Part shown: positions 51,241-61,938 of the stretch, piece by piece
Position numbering within the stretch: position 1 is the first letter of the stretch
Layout of the letters: every line of letters begins with the position of its first letter
Origin: an uncultured Actinomycetota bacterium
GTDB lineage: Bacteria > Actinomycetota > UBA4738 > HRBIN12
Reading direction: 5' to 3'
Length of the DNA stretch: 64,000 bases
Assembly: GCA_963711655.1 (NCBI GenBank)
Contig: CAVQEW010000003.1
Coordinates: forward strand, 89,202-153,201
Program-made: the position numbers and the translations under genes
Notes under the pieces: generated by a model
What the model saw: the letters and a program-made list of their open reading frames with translations, nothing else
What the model was told of the DNA's origin: nothing
The model's database searches: none

Positions 51241-52100
51241 ACACGGTCACCGCGTACTTCCGGCTCACGAAGCCGCGCATCGTCCTCCTGCTGCTGATCA
51301 CGACGGTGCCCGCGATGCTCCTCGCGGCCGAAGGGCTTCCCTCCGGGTGGCTGATCCTCGCGACGCTTCTCGGAGGAGCGATCGCGGCCGGCTCCGCCAA
51401 CTCGATCAACATGTACCTCGACCGGGACATCGACGCGATCATGAAGCGCACGCGGCAGCGGCCGCTCCCCGCCCACGCGATCACGCCGGAGCACGCGCTC
51501 CGGTTCGGCTTCGTCCTCGGCGCGATCGCGTTCTACTTCCTGGCCGTCGCGGTCAACGTGCTGGCGGCCGTCCTGGCGCTGTCGGCGATCGCGTTCTACG
51601 TCTTCGTGTACACGATGTGGCTGAAGCGCACGACGGCGCAGAACATCGTGATCGGCGGCGCGGCCGGCGCCGTGCCCTCGCTCGTGGGGTGGGCCGCCGT
51701 CACCGGCACCCTGGCGTGGCCCGCGATCATGCTGTTCGCGATCGTCTTCGTCTGGACGCCGCCGCATTTCTGGGCCCTGGCGATGCGCTACTCGGGCGAC
51801 TACGCGGCGGCCGGCGTCCCGATGCTCCCGGTGGTCCGCGGCGAGGCCGAGACCCGGCGCCAGATCCTCCTGTATTCGCTGGTGCTGTTCGGGACGACGC
51901 TGCTGCTCGTGCCCGTCGGTCACATGGGTCCGGTGTACACGGGCGCCGCGGTGCTGCTCGGCGGCTCCTTCGTCTATCGCGCGCTCCAGGTGTGGCGGAG
52001 CGCCGACGAGGCCCGGACGCGGCGGCTGTTCTCGTTCTCGATCCTGTACCTCGCCGGGCTCTTCGGCGCGGTCGGGGCCGACGCGCTCGTCCGCGGCTGA
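51195..52100 (+). CDS. ctaB: Protoheme IX farnesyltransferase (heme O synthase, CtaB/CyoE)
   Basis: TVTAYFRLTKPRIVLLLLITTVPAMLLA (conserved N-terminus, open from ~51129 with no ATG/GTG/TTG) and ...NSINMYLDRDIDAIMKRTRQRPLP... The first ATG, at 51306, lies after the conserved N-terminus. Confidence 0.75.
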   Translation, partial: RTRTTWRSRERPSLRDTVTAYFRLTKPRIVLLLLITTVPAMLLAAEGLPSGWLILATLLGGAIAAGSANSINMYLDRDIDAIMKRTRQRPLPAHAITPEHALRFGFVLGAIAFYFLAVAVNVLAAVLALSAIAFYVFVYTMWLKRTTAQNIVIGGAAGAVPSLVGWAAVTGTLAWPAIMLFAIVFVWTPPHFWALAMRYSGDYAAAGVPMLPVVRGEAETRRQILLYSLVLFGTTLLLVPVGHMGPVYTGAAVLLGGSFVYRALQVWRSADEARTRRLFSFSILYLAGLFGAVGADALVRG

Positions 52101-52106
52101 GCCGCC

Positions 52107-52624
52107 TCAGGCGAGGACGTCGTCGATCATGCTCGTCAGCTCCCGCTCGTCGAACGCGCCGTAGACCACCCACCTGATGGTGCCGTCGCGATCCACCACG
52201 TACGTGTCGGGCAGCGCCGGGAACCCGAGGTCGGCCGCGGAGCGTCCCGCGGGGTCGAACAGGCTCGGGTAGGGCACGTCGAACTCGCGGACCCACGCCC
52301 GGGCGGCGTCGCGATCGTCCTGGTAGTTGATGCCCAGGAACCGCACGCCGTCGCCCTCGTACCGTTCCGCCAGACGCACCAGCGACGGCTGCTCGACGCG
52401 GCACGGCGTGCACCAGTCGGCCCACACGTTGATCACCAGCACGTCGCCGTCGGCGTAGCTCGTGGCGTCGAGGTCATCGCCGTCGATGGTCTCGCCGGTG
52501 AGCGCGGGGAGGGGACGGTCCTGCTCCGCCGCGCCGAGCGATGAGTCATCACCGGTGCATGCCGTCAGCGCAGAGAGGAGGAAGAACAGCGTGGGGAGAG
52601 CGACCCGGTGGAGCACGTTGGCCA
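52107..52624 (-). CDS. TlpA/ResA-like thioredoxin-fold thiol-disulfide oxidoreductase lipoprotein
   Basis: The lipobox is LLSALTAC and the active site is WADWCTPC. It occupies the C-terminal part of ORF 52107-53669. Confidence 0.75.
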
Positions 52625-52626
52625 CG

Positions 52627-53612
52627 CTACCAGTGGGTCTCAGCCGCCCCCTTCGGGCGATGGACTCTCGGGCTCCCCTCGTCGGGCGGAGCGTCGCCGC
52701 CCTCTCCGGCGGCGTGGCGCGCCAGGACCGTCCCCTCCATCGTCGGGTGGATGTCGCATCGGAAGTAGTACTCGCCCTCCGGGAGGGGCTCCACCGGGTG
52801 CGTCTCCGTCGCGGGTCCGACGAACGCCTCGAACGTGAAGAGCGGATCGCCGGAGGCGGTGTCGTCGTCGTAGATCGAGACGTTGTGTGCGGCGGGGTCG
52901 CGGTTGTCGAGGGTGATCGACGAAGGTGCTTCCGCGGGAAGCCTGATCTCGTCGGTGTCGAACGCCGTGTTCTCGGCCACGACCGTGACGCCGCCCGCCC
53001 CTTCCGAGACGGTGACCGTTCCTTCCATCGCCGAACCCGGATGCAGCTCGCAGAAGAAGAAGTACTCCCCTGGGGCCATCGGGGGATCCGGTAGACCAGC
53101 TCGCCGGGCCCGGGGACATTGGGGCCCTCGAACAGGGGTGGCGCGGTGTCGTCCGGCCCGTCGAGGATCCATACGTTGTGTTCCAGGCCCGGGTCCTCGT
53201 TGGTGAACGCGAGCTCCACGGGCTTGTCCGCCTCGAACGCGAGCGCATCGGTCGAGAATCCCTCCTCGATGGCGTTCTGGGGTGCGGCGATCTCGGCGTG
53301 GATCGGCTCGACCTCCTCTTCCGCAGGACCGATGACGGCGATCGCGAGCCCCCCGGCGAACATCGTGATGCCGGCGGCCGCGCCGACGAACCCACCGAGC
53401 GCTGCGCCGCTCACGTGCTTGCGGCCGGCGACGAACGCCGCGACGGCCATGATCCCCACGGCCGCCACCAGCGCGACGGCCGTCGCGGCATTCGGCTTCA
53501 ACGACAACAGCACCCGGGAGAGCGTGAACAGGACCACGACGATCGCCGCGAGCGCCCCGACGGGGATCAGGATCGGGAGCAGGAGGCTCTGGCGCTCGCC
53601 GCGGTCGCTCAT
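52627..53612 (-). CDS. Membrane-anchored protein with two cupredoxin (blue-copper, amicyanin/plastocyanin-like) domains, with an apparent frameshift near 53100
   Basis: There is an N-terminal TM and Ala/Gly-rich segment. Domain 1 ends ...GELVY then (after the frame change) YFFFCELHPGSAMEGTV. Domain 2 is YYFRCDIHPTMEGTV (the Cys-His-Met copper ligand pattern). Confidence 0.6.
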
Positions 53613-54433
53613 CGGCCCATCCCCGCGCGGATCTCCCGCTCGACGTTGCGGAACTTCAACGCGTCCCAACCCTCGGTCGTCTCCTCATGACCCCAACGGA
53701 AGAAGATCGCGGTGATGACCACCCACAGGATCAAACCCCCGACGAGCTTCATCACCAGCCCCGCCACCAACTGATCGGTGAGCGGGTCCATGCCCCAGAT
53801 GCGAGGGAACGTCGCGTAGATCGGATACAGCGGCTCGGTCCCGAAGGTCAGGAACGACGCGGGGATCGTCGGCGCGAGCGACTGGAAGAACAGATAGAGG
53901 AGCTGACCGGGCCGCGACACGGGGGGCAGTTCCGGGAGCGGCGACAGCACCGGCCACCACATCACGATGGCGGAGCCCAGGAGCAGCGTATGGATCGAGA
54001 AGTGGGCGAGCTCGGAGCGCACGGAGAGGGACACGATCTCGGGCCAGTGCGTGAACAACAGGACCCCGTTGGCGACGATGAGGGCGACGAGCGGCCGCGT
54101 GAGCAATGCCCAGACCGCCCGGACGGGAGCGGGACGAAGCACGGCGCGCCACATCCACGCCGGCATCCCCGTGAGGAGCAGCGGAGCCGCCACGAACGTG
54201 AACAGCATGTGCTGCACCATGTGCATGCTGTAGAGGTAGCCCTCCGCGAGATCGATGGATCGGCCACCCGGCGCCCAACAGCAGCACCGCCACGCCGCCG
54301 AGGAAGCGGTACCGGCGCCCGGGCTCGAGCCGCTCGCCCGTCCGGCGCTCGTGGCGCGCCGCCGCGACCAGGTACACCGCCGCGAGGCCGCCCAGATTCA
54401 CGAGCACGTCCAGGTGCACGTGGAACGGGGGCA
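53609..54433 (-). CDS. ctaG: Cytochrome c oxidase assembly factor CtaG (caa3-type), with an apparent frameshift near 54235
   Basis: MHMVQHMLFTFVAAPLLLTGMP is in ORF 53609-54226. The N-terminus MALPPFHVHLDVLVNLGGLAAVYLVAAARHERR is in another frame. Confidence 0.65.
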
Positions 54434-54439
54434 GCGCCA

Positions 54440-54757
54440 TCAGGCGAAGACCCGGAACGAGATCAGCACGATGAGGTACAGCACCGCCGCGCCGGAGAGT
54501 CCCATCACGAAGAAGCGGGCGTAGCGTCGGTCGTCGAACTTCAGATGCATGAACCACATGACCACGAGCGCGAACTTGACGACCGCCAGGAAGAACAGCG
54601 TGGGGATCAAGATGCCCCCGGACACCCCCGCGTACGACGCCGCGACCTCGAGGGCCGTCAGGACCGCGAGGATCACGCCGATCCGGACGTACTCCTTCGG
54701 GCTCGGATGCCCGGCGCCGTGAGCCGCGGCGGACGCTCCGTGCTCCGCCGACATGGC
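54440..54757 (-). CDS. Cytochrome c oxidase subunit IV (small hydrophobic subunit, actinobacterial/bacillus caa3 type)
   Basis: MSAEHGASAAAHGAGHPSPKEYVRIGVILAVLTALEV... has three TM helices. Its position after subunit III supports the call. Confidence 0.65.
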   Translation of the reverse strand, partial: AMSAEHGASAAAHGAGHPSPKEYVRIGVILAVLTALEVAASYAGVSGGILIPTLFFLAVVKFALVVMWFMHLKFDDRRYARFFVMGLSGAAVLYLIVLISFRVFA

Positions 54758-54768
54758 GTCCTGCTTCC

Positions 54769-55410
54769 TCAAGGGCCACCGGGACCCCCAGGGCTCGGCG
54801 TGGGGATCAGATAGACCACCGTGAAGATCACGATCCAGACGATGTCGACGAAGTGCCAGTAGAGCCCGACCATCTCGACCGGGAACGACGCGTCTTCGGG
54901 CAGGCGCTTGGCGGATGACATCCCGACCAAGGACAACAGCATCAACACACCGACCGTGACGTGGACCCCGTGGAATCCCGTAAGCACGTAGAAGGTCGTG
55001 GAGAACAGGTTCGTCGAGAGCCTGAGCCCCTCGTTGAAGAAGGCCGTGAACTCGTAGACCTGGCCGCCGACGAACGTCATCCCGAGCAGGGCGGTGGTGA
55101 GTAGCCACAGGCGCATCCGGCCGGCGTCCCGCTGCTGAGCGGCAGACAGCGCCAGGACCATCGTGAGCGAGCTCGCGAGCAGGACGAAGGACGAGACCGA
55201 CGTGTACGGGATGTCGAAGACGTCGGCCGGGAAAGGGCCCTCTTCGCTCCGACCCCGATAGAGCACGTACGTGGTGATCAGCGCGCCGAACAACATGCAC
55301 TCCGACGCGAGGAAGATCCACATCGCGAGCTTCGTGTGCGGCAGGCCGGTGGTGGTCTCCGGATGGTCGGCGCCGTGCGCATCGCCGTGCGAGATCGCGA
55401 CGTCGGCCAT
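54769..55410 (-). CDS. ctaE: Cytochrome c oxidase subunit III
   Basis: ...LAMWIFLASECMLFGALITTYV...FYVLTGFHGVHVTVGVLML...YWHFVDIVWIVIF. Confidence 0.8.
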   Translation of the reverse strand: MADVAISHGDAHGADHPETTTGLPHTKLAMWIFLASECMLFGALITTYVLYRGRSEEGPFPADVFDIPYTSVSSFVLLASSLTMVLALSAAQQRDAGRMRLWLLTTALLGMTFVGGQVYEFTAFFNEGLRLSTNLFSTTFYVLTGFHGVHVTVGVLMLLSLVGMSSAKRLPEDASFPVEMVGLYWHFVDIVWIVIFTVVYLIPTPSPGGPGGP

Positions 55411-55412
55411 CG

Positions 55413-57308
55413 CTACGCGTCCTCCGCCGCCACCGAAGGCTCCAGCGCCCATCCGTAGAAGCCGACCAGCGCGATCAGGAACCCGATCCCCACGGCCCAC
55501 CACGAGTAGAGCACGCCGTACGCGATCACCGGCATCCCGATCGCGGCGACCAGCGGCCAGTACGACGGGCTCGGCAGGTGGATGCCATGCCCGGCGCCGT
55601 GTCCGGCCGGATCGGGTTCGCCGGCGTCCGCGGCACCCGCCTGAGCGGGCACCAGCCTGCCGGTGCGCTCGTCCTCGACGTACTTGCGGTGCCAGAACTC
55701 GTCCAGCGCATGCACCGTGGGGATCTCGTCGAAGTTGTGGACCGGGGGTGGCGACGGGGTCATCCACTCGAGCGTTCGCCCGTCCCACGGGTCGGCGACG
55801 TCGGCGGCCGCGGGCAGCGCCTTCATCCGGGTGCGCACGACGTTCACCAGGAAGACGAGGATCGACAGGGCGATCAGGAACGAACCGAGCGTCGCCACCT
55901 GGTTCCAGAACGTGAGCCCGAGCGACTCGGGGTACGTGTACGTCCGGCGGATCATGCCCTGGAGGCCGAGGATGTGCATCGGACCGAACGTGAGGTTGAA
56001 CCCGATCAGCATCAGCCAGAAGTGGAGCTTGGCGAGCGGCTCGCTCAGCAACCGCCCGAACACCTTGGGCCACCAGTAGTAGACCCCGCCGAACAGACCG
56101 AACACGGCTCCTCCGAAGATCACGTAGTGGAAGTGCGCGACGATGTAGTACGTGTCCGTCTGCTGGTAGTCCGACGGCACGATCGAGTGCGTGACGCCGG
56201 AGAGGCCGCCGATCACGAACATCGTGACCGTCCCGATCGCGAACAGCATCGCCGACGTGAACCGAAGGTCACCCCGATACATCGTGGCCATCCAGTTGAA
56301 GATCTTCACGCCGGTGGGGATCGCGATGATCGCCGTCGATACCCCGAACGCGGTGTTCGCCACCGGCCCGAGGCCCGCCGCGAACATGTGGTGCGCCCAC
56401 ACGCCGAATCCGATGAACCCGATCGCGATGCCGGAGAACACCACGAACTGGTAGCCGAACAGCGGCTTGCGGCTGAAGACCGGGAGGATCTCCGTGATGA
56501 TCCCGAACGCGGGCAGGATCAGGATGTAGACCTCGGGATGGCCGAACAGCCAGAACAGGTGTTGCCACAGGATCGGATCCCCGCCGGCCGTCGGATCGAA
56601 GAAGTGGGTCGCGAACTCCCGATCGAAGAGCAGCTGGAACAGTGCCACCGTGATGATCGGCAGTGAGAACGCCAGGAGCAGCTGCACCACGAGGCCCATC
56701 CACACGAACACCGGGACGCGGAACAGCGACATCCCGGGCGCCCGCATGTTGATGACGGTCACCGCGAGGTTCACCGCGCCCGCCGTCGAGGCGATCCCGG
56801 TGATGATCAGGCCCAGGGCGTAGAACGTCGGTCCGATCGTGGGGTCGACGACCGAGTTCGGCGCGTAGCAGAACCATCCGCAGTTGGGAGCGCCGCCGAG
56901 GAAGAAGCTCGAGTAGATGAAGAGCCCGCCCAAGAGGAACACCCAGTAGCTGTAGGCGTTCAGGCGCGGGAACGCGACGTCGCGCGCGCCGATCATCAGC
57001 GGGATGAAGTAGTTGAAGAACGCCGCCGACATCGGCATCACGAAGAGGAAGATCATCGTGACGCCGTGCATCGTGAAGATCTCGTTGTACTGATCGGCGT
57101 TCAATAGGGTGCCGTTGGGCTCGGCGAGCTGGGAGCGGATCAAGAGCGCCTCGATCCCTCCCACGAGGAAGAACACGAGCGCCGTGGCTCCGTAGAGGAT
57201 CCCGATCTTCTTGTGGTCGATCGTCGTGAACCAGCTGGAGAAGCCGGTGGTCGCCGTCGGGCGCCGGAGGATCCCCTCGCGCCTCCTGGTCGTCGTCACC
57301 ATCGCCAT
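55413..57308 (-). CDS. ctaD: Cytochrome c oxidase subunit I (heme-copper oxidase catalytic subunit) with a C-terminal extension
   Basis: WFFGHPEVYILILPAFG...GMPRR-like region, with the HH copper ligands (VWAHHMF). Confidence 0.9.
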   Translation of the reverse strand: MAMVTTTRRREGILRRPTATTGFSSWFTTIDHKKIGILYGATALVFFLVGGIEALLIRSQLAEPNGTLLNADQYNEIFTMHGVTMIFLFVMPMSAAFFNYFIPLMIGARDVAFPRLNAYSYWVFLLGGLFIYSSFFLGGAPNCGWFCYAPNSVVDPTIGPTFYALGLIITGIASTAGAVNLAVTVINMRAPGMSLFRVPVFVWMGLVVQLLLAFSLPIITVALFQLLFDREFATHFFDPTAGGDPILWQHLFWLFGHPEVYILILPAFGIITEILPVFSRKPLFGYQFVVFSGIAIGFIGFGVWAHHMFAAGLGPVANTAFGVSTAIIAIPTGVKIFNWMATMYRGDLRFTSAMLFAIGTVTMFVIGGLSGVTHSIVPSDYQQTDTYYIVAHFHYVIFGGAVFGLFGGVYYWWPKVFGRLLSEPLAKLHFWLMLIGFNLTFGPMHILGLQGMIRRTYTYPESLGLTFWNQVATLGSFLIALSILVFLVNVVRTRMKALPAAADVADPWDGRTLEWMTPSPPPVHNFDEIPTVHALDEFWHRKYVEDERTGRLVPAQAGAADAGEPDPAGHGAGHGIHLPSPSYWPLVAAIGMPVIAYGVLYSWWAVGIGFLIALVGFYGWALEPSVAAEDA

Positions 57309-57342
57309 CGGTCACTCATCTCGTCTCGTCCACGCTCGGCCG

Positions 57343-58519
57343 TCACGTCAGGCTGTAGAGGTAGGCGACCAGGGCGTCGATCTCGTCCTCGGTCAGATGG
57401 TAGTTGGGCATCTTGGACCCCATCTTCACGGCGTCGGGGTTGCGGAGCCATGCCTCGAGGGCCTCGCGATCCGTCGTCTCCCAGATGCACCCGGCGAAGC
57501 ATTCGTGGGTCGGGTCGGCGAAGTGGGTGAGCTCCGGTGCCGCGGGACTTCCCGCCTCGGTGCCCCCCACGGCGTGGCACGCGACGCACGATCCCCGCCC
57601 TTCCGAGAGCGGCGACAGGAACAGATCCATCCCCTGGCTCGCGAGGGAGCCGTCCGCGGGCGTGGCCCCGGGGAGTTTCTGGTTCGCGACCCAGGCCTCC
57701 CAGTCCTCGGCCGACAGCGCCACCACCCGGACGATCATCCGGCCGTGCTGCAGTCCGCAGAACTCCTTGCACTGGCCCTCGTACGTCCCGGGCTCGTCCG
57801 CCTGCAGGAGGATGTGGTTCGTCCGCCCCGGCACGACGTCCTGTGCCCCGGCGAGCTCCGGGATCCAGAAGGAGTGGATCACCTCGAAGTCCCCGATGCC
57901 CCCGCTCGCGGCCTCGAGCGAGAGGTACACGACGCGGTCCTCGGGGATCACCAGCACGTCCGCCGTCCGGATCGGCGCGCCGTCTCCGAAGTCGCTCTGC
58001 ATGTCTTCGTCGGTGTACTCGAAGCCCCACCACCACTGGAAGCCCTCGACGGTGACGTTCAACGCATCGTCGGGAGGCGTGCGCGCGAGGTCCCAGATCG
58101 TCGCGACGGTCGGCACCATCACGCCGGCGAGGATCAGCGCGGGAGCGATCGTCCAGCCGATCTCGAGCTTGGTGTTGCCGTGGGTCTGCGCGGGCATGCG
58201 CTCCCTGCCCTTGCGGTGCCGGAACCGGATCGTGATCCAGACGATGCCGCCCTCGACGACGATGAAGACGAACACCGCGACCCAGAAGACGGGGATGAAC
58301 AGGTCCTTCAGCTTCTGGGCGAACGGTCCCTGCGGCTGGAGGGTGTCCTGCGTGGCGTTGGGAGCGCAGGCGCCCAATAGCAACAGGAGGACGATCCCGG
58401 CCGTCGCCCAGAGCAACCTCTTCCGCACGGTTCCTTCGGTCTCCCGGAGCTCTTCTGAGGACGGGCTCGGTGAGCCCGCGCGCACTGTATCACCGAGGTC
58501 TCGCGCGGCTGGACGTCTC
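57343..58519 (-). CDS. ctaC: Cytochrome c oxidase subunit II with a fused C-terminal cytochrome c domain (caa3-type)
   Basis: The CuA site is HSFWIPELAGAQDVVPGRTNHIL...CKEFCGLQHGRM. The C-terminus carries CVACH heme c. The ATG overlaps the ccsA stop (ATGA). Confidence 0.85.
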
Positions 58520-59471
58520 ATCCGTTCTTGTAGGAGTGCAGTCCGACGATCCACAGGTTCACGGCGTAGTACGTGATCAGGAGCGAGACGAACCCCACCA
58601 CGGCGATCACCGCGGCACGGCGTCCCTTCCACCCGGCCGTCGATCGCGCGTGCAGATAGCCGGCGAAGATCGTCCACGTCACGAACGACCACGTCTCCTT
58701 CGGGTCCCATCCCCAGTAGCGACCCCACGCGTCCTGGGCCCAGATCGCGCCGGCGATCACCGCGAAGGTCCAGATCGGGAACGCGAAGGCGATGACCCGG
58801 TACGCGACGCGGTCCAGCGCGGCGGCGGACGGCAGGATGCCGCCGCGCCCGGGCTCGGGCGTGGGCGCGCCGGATCCTTCGGGATCGGGCAAGAGGTCGT
58901 GCGGCGCGTCCACCTCGGTCGTCGCGCCGCCCATGATCGGGGCGGGCGTGCGCTCGCGGAGACTCGTGAGCGCTCGCCGCTCCGAGCGGTCCTTGATCAG
59001 GAACAGGATCGTCGCGATCCCGCCGATCGCGAACAGCGAGGAGCCCGTGATCGCCGCCACCACGTGGATCTTGATCCAGTAGGAGTTGAGCGCCGGCTGG
59101 AGCGGGCTCGGCTCGACCGGGAAGAAGATCGCGGCGATCGCGAGGGTGAGGACCGAGAACATCAGCGAGAAGCCGGTGAGCGTCTTGATCTTCGCGACGC
59201 CCTCGACGAGCACGAGCGTCCCGACGACGACCAGGAAGGCGAGCACGGTCGAGTACTCGAACATGTTGCCCCACGGCACGCGATCGGCCGCGATGCCTCG
59301 CGCGACGATCGACACGAGGTTCGTCGTGACCCCGGCGATCGCGACGCCGCGCGCGAGCACCCAGAACAGGTTGCGCCGCGCCGCGAGATACGCGAAGGAC
59401 AGCACCATGGCCCCGAGATAGAGCCAGAGGGTCAGGTCGAAGGTCGTGCTCGAGATCCTCGCCCAGTTCAC
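58518..59471 (-). CDS. ccsA: Cytochrome c biogenesis protein CcsA/ResC (system II heme-handling protein)
   Basis: WGRYWGWDPKETW, the WWD motif. Confidence 0.8.
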   Translation of the reverse strand: MNWARISSTTFDLTLWLYLGAMVLSFAYLAARRNLFWVLARGVAIAGVTTNLVSIVARGIAADRVPWGNMFEYSTVLAFLVVVGTLVLVEGVAKIKTLTGFSLMFSVLTLAIAAIFFPVEPSPLQPALNSYWIKIHVVAAITGSSLFAIGGIATILFLIKDRSERRALTSLRERTPAPIMGGATTEVDAPHDLLPDPEGSGAPTPEPGRGGILPSAAALDRVAYRVIAFAFPIWTFAVIAGAIWAQDAWGRYWGWDPKETWSFVTWTIFAGYLHARSTAGWKGRRAAVIAVVGFVSLLITYYAVNLWIVGLHSYKNG

Positions 59472-61021
59472 GACGTGCCCACCTTCTCATCCGGTTCCGG
59501 TTGGTACGTCGCGGCGCCGTCCGGCCCGCGCACGGCTCGGACGATCCGATCGAACTCGTCCTCGAAGGAGTCCTTCCGTTGCAGGGCGAACCCTCCGATC
59601 TTCACGAGAGCGCCACCGGGGGCGGCCTCCGCGCGGATCCAGACCTTCCGTCGGGAGACGTACAGCGAGGGGAGGAGTCCCACGAGGACGAGGATAGCGG
59701 CGGCGAGCACGATCGGGATGCCGACGTCCTTGCTGATCAGGAAGACGGTGTACTGCCGAAGCTCCGGGAAGGCCAGGGTGAGGTCACCGACGCCGGGCAC
59801 CTCGAGGTGTCCCGTCCCCGCCGCGTGCAGGTCCCCGCGGCCCACCCGCCGGAGCCCGGTCGTGTCGAACGTCGATCGTGACGCATCGGCGATCCGGCCC
59901 ACGTAGACGGAGTACCGGATGTAGGGATCGAACTGCACGAGCATCGGCGTGGGCTGGCCGGTCAGCTGGAGGTTGAGGAACGCCCGATAGTCCGACCACA
60001 GCTCGAGGGTGACCATCACGTCGGGCTCCGGCGCCGTGAGTTTGATCGCCCCTCGCCACGGCAGGGCGGTGGCGGGCACGCCCTCCGGCGCGTCGTCACG
60101 TGTCATGTCGATCGGTGACGACCACAGCGACGTCCCGTCGAGGGAGGCCGTCACGACGGGCGCCCAGCCGAACCCCTCCTGGAAGACGCGGAGGCTCCCG
60201 AGCGCCGCCGGATGGTTCACGCGGATCTCCCGCGTTCCGGCCGGCCGGCCCTCCCGGTCGAGGAACCGGACCTGCGAGACGAAGTCGATCGGGATGCCGT
60301 TCCGCCGGTAGCTGTCGTCGAAGTCCAGGAGCTCGAGGCCGAGGCCCGTGAAGCTGCCGGCGAAGTAGCGGCCCGTGCGGATCTGACCGTCGTAGTTCGC
60401 GCGCGCGTCGACCCACGTCTCACCCTCGGTGACGACGGCGCGACCCGTGAACCCCGTCCCCTTGCCGACGATCACCCCGACGAGGAGGAGGAAGAACGCC
60501 CAGTGGAAGAGGAGACTCCCGATCTCGCGCAGCACGCCCTTCTCGGCGGCGATGCCGTCACCTTGACGAGAGACCCGGAACCGCTTCCGCCTGAGATAGC
60601 GGGCGGCGTCCGCGGCCACCTCGCCGGGACCGGCCGGGACCCGGAGCTCCGCGTGGTGCCGGAACCCGTCCAGCTCCCTGGCGTGGACGGGCCGCTGCCG
60701 GACGGCACGCAGCAACGCCCGCGACCGCGGGAACAGGCATGCCGCGAGGGAAACGAACAGCAACGTCGTGATCAACGCGAACCACCAGGATCCGTAGACG
60801 TCGAAGAATCCCGCCCGGAAGAGGAACGTCCCCCACGCGCCGTGATCGTCGAGATAGCGGCCGACCCGCTCCGGCGAGTTCGGGATCTGGGGAAGGAGCG
60901 ATCCGATCACCGCGGCCGCCGCGAGGATCAGCAGGAGGATCAGCGCGGTCCGCATCGAGCGCAAGTTGCGCCAGACGAGGGCGACCGACTGGCGGACCGT
61001 GGGACCCGACGGCGTCGTCAT
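59468..61021 (-). CDS. resB: Cytochrome c biogenesis protein ResB/CcsB
   Basis: MTTPSGPTVRQSVALVWRNLRSMRTALILLLIL... with a large periplasmic domain and a C-terminal TM. The upstream 95 aa of ORF 59468-61306 belong to ccdA. Confidence 0.75.
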   Translation of the reverse strand: MTTPSGPTVRQSVALVWRNLRSMRTALILLLILAAAAVIGSLLPQIPNSPERVGRYLDDHGAWGTFLFRAGFFDVYGSWWFALITTLLFVSLAACLFPRSRALLRAVRQRPVHARELDGFRHHAELRVPAGPGEVAADAARYLRRKRFRVSRQGDGIAAEKGVLREIGSLLFHWAFFLLLVGVIVGKGTGFTGRAVVTEGETWVDARANYDGQIRTGRYFAGSFTGLGLELLDFDDSYRRNGIPIDFVSQVRFLDREGRPAGTREIRVNHPAALGSLRVFQEGFGWAPVVTASLDGTSLWSSPIDMTRDDAPEGVPATALPWRGAIKLTAPEPDVMVTLELWSDYRAFLNLQLTGQPTPMLVQFDPYIRYSVYVGRIADASRSTFDTTGLRRVGRGDLHAAGTGHLEVPGVGDLTLAFPELRQYTVFLISKDVGIPIVLAAAILVLVGLLPSLYVSRRKVWIRAEAAPGGALVKIGGFALQRKDSFEDEFDRIVRAVRGPDGAATYQPEPDEKVGTS

Positions 61022-61024
61022 GGC

Positions 61025-61763
61025 CGGCGCACCTACAACCCGGGCGCGAACCGCGCAAGTGGCCCGAAGACCTGCCGGAACAGCCCCGTCATCAACAGGA
61101 TGCCGACCGCCGCCAGGAGCGCCCCGGAGACGCCCGGCGATCACCCGGTAGTGCCGACGGACCCACCCGAGGCTCCGGACCAGGCGATCGACCCCGATAC
61201 CGACCAGGAGGAACGGGAGTCCGAGCCCGAGCGAGTACACGACCAGGAGGGCGGCGCCCTTCACGGTGCCGCCGCTCGCGGCGATCGCGAAGATCCCCGC
61301 GAGCACCGGCCCGATGCACGGCGTCCAGCCGGCGGCGAACGCGATCCCGAGCGGGAACGCGCCCGACCTTCCCGGGACGCACCCGCTCCAGCAGCGGCCG
61401 GCGCTCCGAGTAGAGGGCGGGCGATCCGCGCCGCAGCGCGTACCCGATCATCAGGAGACCGAGCAGCAGCACGACGAGTCCGGCCACCCGCTGGAACCAG
61501 GGATCGCGGATGAACGGGACGAACGTGCCGGCGAACGCCCCCAGGAGCGTGAAGACCACCGTGAACCCGAGGATGAACAGGAGCATCGGCACGAGCGGGC
61601 GCCGGGCCTCGCCTTCGGTCGCGCGGCTCCCCGTGACGAACGAGACGTACCCCGGCACGAGCGGCAGGACGCAGGGACTGGCGAAGGACACGACCCCGGC
61701 CGCGAAGGCGAGGGCCGGTGCCCACCACGACGAGAGCCCCGTGTCGACCAGTCCGGCCAGCAT
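61025..61763 (-). CDS. ccdA: Cytochrome c biogenesis thiol-disulfide transporter CcdA (DsbD family), with an apparent frameshift near 61370
   Basis: The N-terminus (…FAAGVVSFASPCVLPLVPGYVSF…) is in ORF 61092-61763. The C-terminus (…GIFAIAASGGTVKGAALLVVYSLGLGLPFLLVGI…) is in the frame of ORF 59468-61306. Confidence 0.7.
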
Positions 61764-61938
61764 CGTGCTCAGTTTCCCACCAGTCGTGCTGGCCGGCGGA
61801 GTTGTCTGAGACCCGAGCGGGACATAGTGTGGAGGCGCTCGTGAAAACCTTCACGAGTGGGAGGCGGGGGCCGAGCGCGTCGCGAAGCCCTCCGAGGCCC
61901 GGTTGTATGATTCGCCCGCCCATGGAGCAAGCGAGCGC

